A stretch of 64,000 nucleotides of DNA, taken from assembly GCA_963514005.1 (NCBI GenBank), contig OY740783.1, positions 24,056,001 to 24,120,000 on the forward strand, read 5' to 3'. Shown piece by piece: positions 13,366 through 22,176 of this stretch. The position numbers and the translations under genes are program-made. This DNA comes from Raja brachyura. Taxonomy: Eukaryota. Position 1 is the stretch's first letter. Each line of letters starts with the position of its first letter. Under the pieces are notes generated by a model. It ran no database searches. It saw only the letters and a list, made by a program, of their open reading frames with translations, and had not been told where the DNA came from.

Positions 13366-14184
13366 TAAGACTCAATACATGTCCAAGTCATTTACATGTC
13401 CAAGTGTTTGTTACATGATATCATTGTACTTCTCTCTGCCAGCTCCTCAGGCAGCTCACTCCAAGTACCTGCCACCCTCTGTTCCTTGCCCCTTATATCA
13501 GATGTTACTATTTCCCTTTTCATCTCAGACAAATACCCTCCAGTTTTAGATTTACCTTCTCAGGGAAAAAGAATGACTACTCACCTTTCCTATTCATGTA
13601 CCTGTTCAAATGTCTTGTAAATGTTATTAAAGCACCTGCCTCAGTCATTTCCTCTGGCAGCTTATAAATCACTGCATAAAACTATGTCTCCTCTTCTCTT
13701 GTAACTTTTATTTTTCATCAAATATCTATAGTGGATAATTTCATCATCACTTCTGAAAATCATTCTTCACTATGATTTCCCCCATTGGTCCAAAATGGAC
13801 TAATTTACCCTAAAACGTGAAGAAATTTAACCCTAATGTAAACCCAATGTAAATTGTCCCTAGTGTGTGTAGGACAGTGTTAATGTACGGGGATAACTGG
13901 CCGGTGCGGACTCGATGGGCCGAAGGACCTGTTTCTGCACTGTATCTCTAAATTAAACTCAATCTTCACAGTTGTTTTCATAATTCTAATCCACCCATTA
14001 AAAGTGTCATGCCTCTTGATCAAGTTAATTGGCAGGGAATTTCCAGCAAATATCCCTTTTTTAGTTGGATGTACATGAATAGGCAGGTATAATTTACCTT
14101 GGAACAGTCCAGTGAACATCGTAAATATTTTAAGTGGTTTTTAAAAGTCACTTGATCAAGTGCAGATCCCAACGTGCAGTTGCA

Positions 14185-15615
14185 AGGGGGGGGGGGGGGG
14201 GGTGCAGTATGTCCCTGAGGGTGGGTGAGGGGGGTAGAGAGGGGTGGGGTAAGGGGGAGAGGAGAGGGGAAGGTGAGAGGGGAGGGGTTATGGGGAAGAG
14301 GGGAGGTGGAGGGGAGAGGAGAGGGGGAGAAAGAGGGGTAGGGGAGAGGTGGAGAGAGAGTGGAGGGGGAGGGAGAGAGAGAGAAAGGAGAGGGAGAGAG
14401 GTGGGGAGAGAGAGGGGTGAGAGAGGAGGGAGAGAGATAGAAAGGAGAGGGGGAGAGGTGGGGAGGGAGAGGGGAAGAGTGGTGAGTGAGGGAAGAGGGG
14501 TAGTAGGGAGTGGTGCAAGAGCGAGGGGACGGGGGTGGGGGGGAGATGGGGATGAAGAGGGGTGGGGGAGTGAGGGGGGTGGGAGCGGTGAGGAGAGAGG
14601 GAGATGGAGAGGGGGAGAGGGAGGAGGAGAGGGGGGTGGGGGAGGGTGTGAGAGGGTTCAGAGAGGGGTTGAGAGAGGGGTGGGAGGGGAAGGGGAGAGA
14701 GGGGGAAGAGTGGAGGGAGGGGGAGGAGTAGGGAGAGGGGTAGGGGAGAGAGAGGGGGAAGCGGAGAGAGGGGGGAGAGGGGGGAGAGTGGGGAGGGGGA
14801 GGGAAGGGAGGGGGGAGAGAGGGGTGGGGGAGGGAGATGGGGAAAGGTGGGGGATGCGGGAGAGAGAAGTGGAAGTGGGGAGGGAGGGTGAGAGGTGTAG
14901 GGAAGAGTGGTGGAAGTGGAGAGAGAGAGGGGGAAGGGGGAGTAGTGGAAGAGGGAGAGAGTAGTAAGGGAAAGGGGTGGGGGAGATAGGGAGGGGGGGA
15001 GGGAGAGGGTGGGGGAGGGAGAGAGGTGGGGTGGGAGAGGGGTGGGGGAAGGGAGAGAGAAGTGGAAGAGTGGGGAGGGAGGGGGTGAGGGGTAGGGGGA
15101 GTGGTGGAAGTTGGAGAGGGAGGGGAGGGGGGTGGGGGAGTGGTGGAAGGGAGAGAGGGGTAGGGGAAAAGGGGTGTGCGGGAGAGAGGGGAGGGAGGGG
15201 AAGGGAGGGGAGAGGTGGAAGAGTGGAGGGAGAGGGGTAGGGGGAGTGGTGGAAGAGGGACAGAGGGGTAGGGGGAAGGGGGTGGGAGGGAGTGGTGGAA
15301 GAGGGACAGGGGTAGGGGGAAGGGGGCGGGGAGAGAGGGAAGGGGCAGGGGGAGAGAAGGAAGGAGGTGGGGGAGATAGGGAAGGGGGTGGGAGGAGGAG
15401 GGGGTAAGGGGAGTAGAGAGGGGTGGGGGAAGGGGAGGGCAGAGGGGAAGAGGGGGAGGTGAGAGCAGAGGGGTGGTGGAGAAGAGGGGAGGAAAGGGAG
15501 AGGTGGCAGGGAGAGGAGAAAGGGAGAAAGAGGGGGAGGGGAGGTGGAGAGAGAGTGGAGGGGAGAGAGAGGAGAGGGAGAGAGTGGAAGGGGAGAGAGA
15601 GTAAGGGGAGGGAGT
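14185..15615 (+). repeat. G/A-rich low-complexity tract (~1.4 kb)
   Basis: Plus strand is almost entirely G and A with scattered T, and has dense G3+ runs. Confidence 0.95.
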
Positions 15616-16351
15616 TGACTCCTGTAGAATTAAATCAAACATAATGAAATAATTTAAAAGAAAACGGTGAAAAATGTGGGTGAATTTAGCGGAGTAAATA
15701 ACAGAGAAGTTTTAAAACTGTTAAAAATGCTGTAAATCGAAATAAAGAGAGAATTAAAAAACACGGATTTTTAATGGGTTTTTTTTTAAAGCATTTTTAA
15801 AAATTCTTGTCTAATGTAAATTATAGATAAACAATGAAAATCAGAAAATGAAATAAAATGATCACTTGTCTAAAACAGCAGATCATATAAGCGCAAGGTT
15901 TTTAAACACAATTATCTTTTCAAAACAAATTAAATTGAAAATAAAGATAACATTTGAAAAACACGGCTGTGGAAATCGGCAAAGAAAATAATGGCAAAGT
16001 TTAAAAACAGAAAAGCAATTACCTCTTCAAAGTGGAGTAATGGAGTCCTTTGAAAAAAGAGAGAATATTAAAAAAAATGGGAAAATGTGTGTTAATTTGG
16101 CGGAGCAAATAACGGAGAACTTAATAAAAAGAATTATTCAAATATAAATAAATATTGAAAACATCGTCTCTGTTTACCTTTTGAAAAAAGTGTAAATCAA
16201 AATAATACGATTTTCAAAACGTGTGAAATGAAAAATAAAAAAACGGCAGAAATCCAGCGTTTAGATCGATCGCTGTCGAGAAACGAAGTCCGAATGACCG
16301 TTGGGGAAGAATGTTCTGCAAAAGGTTTCAAAGGCAACGCGAGGCAGCAAT

Positions 16352-16752
16352 GTCACCCCAGTCACATGTGTGGGGGATAGTGGTACAGAGTCCCCCTAGT
16401 CACATGTGTGGGGGATAGTGGTACAGTCCCCCTAGTCACATGTGTGGGGGACAGTGCTACAGTGTCCCCCGAGTCACATGTGTGGGGGTTAGTGGTACAG
16501 TGTTCCCCTAGTCACATGTGGGGGGGAAGTGGTACAGTGTCCCCCCAGTCACATGTGTGGGGGATAGTGGTACAGTGTCCCCCCAGTCACATGTATAGGG
16601 GATAGTGGTACAGTGTCCCCCTAGTCACATGTGTGGGGGATAGTGGTACAGTGTCCCCTAGTCACACGTGGGGGGGGATGTGCTACAGTGTCCCCCTAAT
16701 CACATGTGTGGGGGGAAGTGGTAAAGTGTCCCCCCAGTCACATGTGGGGGGG
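16352..16752 (+). repeat. Minisatellite, 36-39 bp unit, ~11 copies
   Basis: Unit GTCACATGTGTGGGGGATAGTGGTACAGTGTCCCCC(C/T)A. Starts at 16361, 16399, 16435, 16473, 16511, 16548, 16586, 16624, 16661, 16698 and 16737. Confidence 0.95.
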
Positions 16753-18443
16753 GAGTGGTGATGATAGAGGGGAGATGAGAGAGGAGAGAAGAGTGAGGAG
16801 AGAGGAGTGAGGAGAGAGGAGTGAGGAGAGAGGAGGGAGGAGAGTTTGGAGAGAAGGGTGATCATGTGCTTCGACACAGGCTGCGGGGGGACGGGCCGGG
16901 GCTGGAGCTGGGGCAAAGGCAGATGTAAATGAGATCCATTCTGATTGGACATTTGTGAGGGATGGCATTGTGACATCACACAATGGAACGTGCTGGAACA
17001 TCAGGCGGGGGGGGGGGCTGGGGCTGGTGCGAGGGCAGATGTAAATGAGATCCGTTCCAATTGGACATCTGTGAGCATTGGGCATTGTGACATCACACGA
17101 TGGAATGTTTACCAACATTCTATGGGTGAGAGCAGTTTGATTTTTGAAAAATTGGGGGGGGGGGGAGGATTTTATTAAAAATTGTGTACATAAAAACATC
17201 TAAACGTAAAGAGGAGCGCCTTTGGTAATGTACAAGCGTAACGTCTAGTTAAATGTAAAAAACGGCGGTGTCTGAGGGTCCGGTTTTGGCGGAGCAGGGA
17301 ATCAAAGGGGGAAAACGTGGCAGCCGGCAGGTGGACGGATGTCGGCAGACACACACAGAGTTTTAATATAATAGAGATTATCAATTATTTAATATTTGGT
17401 CACTCGGTAAGTGGAAAAATACACTATTGGCAAATATATTATTTGTGATAATTTCATTTTAGGCTGCGCATAGGAATACAAGGAAAGGCAATAAAGAATA
17501 TTGCACTCTCTGATCATGCCGTTTCATCGAATAGTTAATGTTTAATGACGTATAAATAAGTTTGAGCAGAAATCATAAATTTAATGGAAATAGAACTATT
17601 CCAATCCCAGCTGAAACCTGGATTATCTACTATGCTTAAAGCAATAGCCTATATCTATTGTATTCTCTTTACATAACCAATTAAATATTTATTAAAAACA
17701 AACTATTATTAACTTTGCAAGACATGATCGGTACAGGTTAAGCATGCACTGTCCATATTTAATTTCAACGACTATATTCGACTTGAGTTCCAGTTTAACT
17801 TTAACTAATTATTTGCAGAGATCTGATCCTGATGCAATCCTTGTTTCGTTTTCTAAACTTGTTTTTGTAAACCCAGTTCCTTGTTATGAATGTTAATTTG
17901 ATGTGATTCTTTGGCAGAAACAAGTGTTAATGCGGACAGACTAACAATGCCCAGGAGTGCATTTGATACCATGTATTTCTAATAACACTTGCAATGCTTG
18001 CTCTATTTATCTGTCTTGAAATTTATGAACTCCCCTGCTTCATATTCCACTGATTAAAAGAATAGGAGACTCTGGAGTATCAGATGAAATTCCTTTTGAT
18101 TGAAAGTTATGCCTCCAGCACATTTCTTGGATATTTTCATTCAGGTAAACATTTGCTGTAAATCTTGAAAGTATTGAACAGATTTCTCGTGCTTCTCTTT
18201 AGAGTATAAAACCATATTGCAAAATCCATTTACAATTGACTGCAGCTTGCTCCTTGCATCTTGCTTCAACGATCTTCAAATTCTGGGCAACTAAATCAGA
18301 AAAAGTCATTTCAGTTATTTGATGTATGGTATTGCAGAGTTTCAATGGGCTCAATTTAAAGGCAGACAAGATAAAATGGTCACAAGTGCGAAATGGAAGA
18401 AAATACCACCAATTAACCATTTCAAAATTCTTGCAATTCTTGC

Positions 18444-18837
18444 GCAGCAGTAGAGATGCTGCATTACACCAAATGCAGCGCTGGAGACCCAGGTTCGATC
18501 CTGACTACGGGTGCTGTCTGTACAAAGTTTGTACGTTCTCCCCGTGACCTGCGTGGGTTTTCTCTGAGATCTTCGATTTCCTCCCACATTTCAAAGACGA
18601 GCAGGTATGTAGGTTAATTGTTCAAGAAGGAACTGCAGATGCTGGAAAATGAAGGTAGACAAAAATGCTGGAGAAACTCAGCGGGTGAAGCAGCATCTAT
18701 GGAGCGAAGTAGGTTAATTCGCTCCATGTAGGTTAATTGGTTTGGTAAATGTAAACATTTTCCCTAGTGGGTATAGGATAGTGTTAATGTGCGGGGTTGA
18801 AAGGGCTGTTTCCGCACTATATCTCTAAACAAAACTA
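18444..18837 (+). mobile_element. tRNA-derived SINE interrupted by a Penelope 3' fragment (18621-18708)
   Basis: SINE body with B-box at about 18492. The insert is flanked by the 14-bp duplication ATGTAGGTTAATTG. Confidence 0.8.
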
Positions 18838-19651
18838 ATTTGTGAGATATTGAAAAATATGAACCGATGCTTTTGCAAATATGGGTCCTGGTGCTTGTTT
18901 TATAATTTTGCATTCAGCAGAACAGAGCTGCAAGTTTGCAAGGCTTAGTGTGTGGCATCTACCAGATTTTAAGCTGTTGACCTTAAAGGGATTTCTCTAC
19001 CTTACAACCAAATGGCATATTTGATTTCTCTCTAAACTGTGAACCCAGGTCTGTAGGACCCAGGATCTCCCATTTCCCATTTGCTTCGTATTTTCATGTC
19101 TGATAGATTCTGACAGTATGGTAGCTGCCTCATGCTGATGTGGTTCAAACGGAAAGGCTAGATGCCTGATTGATTCCTGCTACTCTTCAGCATTGTGGAG
19201 CAATTATGATTCAGATCCAAGGCTTCTACCTTTTGCCTCAGAGAACATGCTCTTGAAAAGGGCCACAGCCAATTTGTAATTAAAACCTGAGTTACTTCAT
19301 TGATTCAGACTCCCTGTGACCCCTCTATTGACTGTTTGCTCTCATTCATTAATTTTACTCCCAAAATGTATCATCTCACATTTATCCACGTTAGATTGCA
19401 TCTATCACTTTTTTCCCTTTCCACTATTCGATCTACTTTGTTTCTCTGAGAGTTACACTTGCTAATATCTATTAAAGTACTTTTAGATTGTCGACATATT
19501 CACAGAATTCAAAATTACAACTTATGTCCATTGATTGGAACTCACTTGGAACTGTAAACAGACCCCTGGCATTTACTCGCTAAAAGTTATAGGAGGATTG
19601 AGACTGCACCATGAATATGGATATCTTGGAAGTCTGAACTTAGTGGCTAAG

Positions 19652-19746
19652 TGTCTGAAGAAGGGTCTCGACCCGAAACGTCGCCTATCTCCTTCACTCC
19701 TTAGATGCTGCTGCACCCGCTGAGTTTCTCCAGCTTTTTGTGTAAC
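19652..19746 (+). mobile_element. 95-bp Penelope-derived mini-element with hammerhead motif
   Basis: 13-bp TSD CTTAGTGGCTAAG at 19639-19651 and 19747-19759. The sequence equals the terminal part of the Penelope 3' UTR. Confidence 0.9.
19655..19682 (+). ncRNA. Minimal type I hammerhead ribozyme motif
   Basis: CUGAAGA-A-GGGUC(UC)GACCC-GAAA-CG-UC: intact core, hairpin stem II and palindromic ACGU helix III. Predicted cut after C19682. Confidence 0.7.
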
Positions 19747-20658
19747 CTTAGTGGCTAAGATGAGTCAACAATTTGTTGGAGTCAAGACTAAACTCCAGAT
19801 AGAGCTTGGTGCAATTCCACATCAATTACTGGTGAAAACTGCCCTGGAATCTGCACCAGGTCTAACCTGGCAAAGGAAGAGTAAACCTAAACTCATAGAG
19901 TGTCACTAGACTTAGTGGGACCCATTGGGTCCCAGCATCACACGGGAGGGCTGATCCCCAATGCAATATTCTGCATCTCCACCAATTCCAATATTGGTGG
20001 CCAGTGGGGGGGGGGGGGGGGGGGGGGGGGGGCTTTCTGGAGCACTAGTATGGGTGTTGAGGGGTTGAAGGGACTGGTTTCCAGAGGGCTAGTTTGGACA
20101 TTGTGGGCCGAATGGATTCTTAGGCTGGCGGCTCAGTCAATCAAGCCTGTTGTGCTGGCACCTCACTCACTCATGGCTGGTGGGCTGGCAGTTGACTCAC
20201 GGCTATTCCATTTCAAGCATGGTGTAAGGCCACTAAATTCAAGTGCTGTTTCTTACCACTTCAAGCAGGGTGCAAGGCCACCAAATTCAAGGTAGTTTCA
20301 TATCATTTCAAGCAGGGTGCAAGGCCACTAAAGACAGCAAGTCGTGACCTCTCCCTCCTCAATCTTGCAGAGACGGAGCCACACCCACACTTCTTAGTTT
20401 TATAGTCCCTCCCCCCTCCCAGCAGAAGGCCCGTGGCCTTCATGGAGTGATTGACAGGAGAGAGAATCTCAACATTTTTTAAACACTAATAACTCTTTTT
20501 ATTTTTCATCGATGGGAAAAATTCTCAGCACCTGATGAGCGGAGGGGGACTCTGAGTAAAATGGCAAAAAATCACAGCCGTACGTTGTAGCGTGTTTTCT
20601 AAAATCAATATAAAACGCAATTAGGTAGTGGTCAAGAATAGAATTTTAATTATACAGA

Positions 20659-20760
20659 AGGCAACATTAATTAGGCACGGCAAATTTAATGTAGCAAGGC
20701 AAATTTAATTAAGCAAGGCAAATTTAATTAGGCAAGGCAACTTTAATTAGGCAAGGCAAC
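20659..20760 (+). repeat. 19-bp tandem repeat (~5 copies)
   Basis: Unit AAGGCAA(A/C)TTTAATTAGGC. Confidence 0.9.
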
Positions 20761-21053
20761 TTTAGCATTTCCAAACCATAGGCAACATAGCTTTAGCATT
20801 TCCAAACCAAAGGCAACACAGCTTTAGCATTTCCAAACCAAAGGCAACACAGCTTTAGCATTTCCAAATCAAAGGCAACACAGCTTTAGGATTTCCAAAC
20901 CAAAGGCAACACAGCTGTAGCATTTCCAAACCAAAGGCAACACATCTTTAGCATTTCCAAACCAAAGGCAACACAGCTTTAGCATTTTCAAACCAAAGAC
21001 AACACAGCTTTTGCATTTCCAAACCAAAGGCAACACAGCTTTATCATTTCCAA
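20761..21053 (+). repeat. 31-bp minisatellite (~9.5 copies)
   Basis: Unit TTTAGCATTTCCAAACCAAAGGCAACACAGC, period 31. Confidence 0.95.
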
Positions 21054-21384
21054 GGGTTACACAAAAAGCTGGAGAAACTCAGCGGGTGCAGCAGCATCTA
21101 AGGAGCGGAGGAGATGGGCGATATTTCGGGTCGAGACCCTTCTTCAGACTGGTCAGGGATCAGGGAAACGAGAGAAATAGACAGTGATGTGGAGAGATAA
21201 AGAACAATGATTGAAAGATTTGCAAAAAAGTATTGATGATAAAGGAAACAGGCCATTGTAAGCTGTTTGTAGTGTGAAAATGAGAAGCTAGTGCAACTTG
21301 GGTGAGGGGGGGGGGAGATGGAGAAGGAATGTCAGGGGCTGAGGGAGAGGTGGGGAGGGGGAGGAGGCAGTCTGGGTTAACATA
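21054..21384 (-). mobile_element. Penelope 3' UTR fragment inserted in the Helitron minisatellite
   Basis: Same GGGTTACACAAAA terminus as 31802. Hammerhead-like core on the minus strand at about 21120-21147. 8-bp TSD ATTTCCAA at 21046-21053 and 21385-21392. Confidence 0.8.
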
Positions 21385-22176
21385 ATTTCCAAACTATATT
21401 TTCAAACCACATTAAGGGCACTGATATGTGAGTAAAACCACTCACAGTTTAGCAGACATGTGTTCAGTGTTATTCACAGCTCAGACTGAGAGACATGACC
21501 CTCTCGCTCCACCATCTTGCTGAAACTGACTGAGGCACTCAAAACTGTCGGGTTTTATAGTCTCTCCGGAAGGTGCATGGCCTTCAGGAGAGAGAATCTC
21601 AACATTTTTTAAACACTAATAATTCTTTTACTTTTAATTGATGGGAAAAATCCTCTTGTCCTTCGCAGCGGAGGGGGTCTGAGTAAGATGGCCAAAAATC
21701 ACACTTGTAAGTGGCAGCGTATTTTTTCTAAAATCAATGTGCAGAACAACACAAAGTGGTCAAGATCAGACTTTTAGTAATATAGATAAAGTGATGAAAA
21801 CAGGCCCTTCAGCCCAACTTGTCCATACCGGCCAACATGTTCCAGCTACACCTGCCTGCATTTGGTCCATATCCATCCAAACCCGTCCTATCCCTTAACT
21901 ATTTCTTAAACATTGGGATACTCCCAGCCTCAACTGCCTCCACAGTTCGCCAGGAAGAAGGATAAACATAAATTAATTTACAGTCTTTTGGCGTAATTTG
22001 AGCTTCCTTAAAATATTTAATTGTACAAAGGTGTTTTCACAATTAATTTACATTTTTTAGCTCTCATGAAATTCTTTCTTTTAATTACTCAATTAACTCT
22101 TGATAACATTTAAATATTTCTGTGTTCAAGATGTCAACGCTGACAACACATTAGGGTGTGGCTTTGATGACTGTCA

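Larger units (their letters stand above)
14151..17377 (-). mobile_element. Non-autonomous Helitron (~3.2 kb) with low-complexity and minisatellite cargo
   Basis: Minus-strand 5' end A|TCTCTATTATATTAAAACTCTGTGTG at 17377. The 3' end ...GGGATCTGCACTTGATCAAG|T at 14151 resembles CACTTGGTCTAG|T of the other copies. Empty site AAGTCA|TTATC, no TSD. Confidence 0.65.
19906..21786 (-). mobile_element. Composite non-autonomous Helitron
   Basis: 5' A|TCTATATTACTAAAAGTCTGATCTTG at 21786. 3' hairpin TGGGACCC-ATT-GGGTCCCA (19916-19934) then CTAG|T at 19906. Removing it restores the LINE tail CATAGAGTGTCA|TAAAGTG with no TSD. Confidence 0.85.

Noticed and set aside
13801-13846. Telomere-like TAACCC motifs
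   Set aside because: Only one or two imperfect units; better explained as a junction stutter of the adjacent SINE.
14020-15642. 540-aa Pro/Ser/Leu-rich ORF and antisense Gly/Arg/Glu ORFs
   Set aside because: Artefact of the G/A-rich low-complexity tract, which lacks stop codons. No domain or codon structure.
16352-16752. Array with ~37-bp periodicity and hairpins resembling CRISPR
   Set aside because: Units are contiguous with no unique spacers, there are no cas genes, and the context is eukaryotic. It is a minisatellite.
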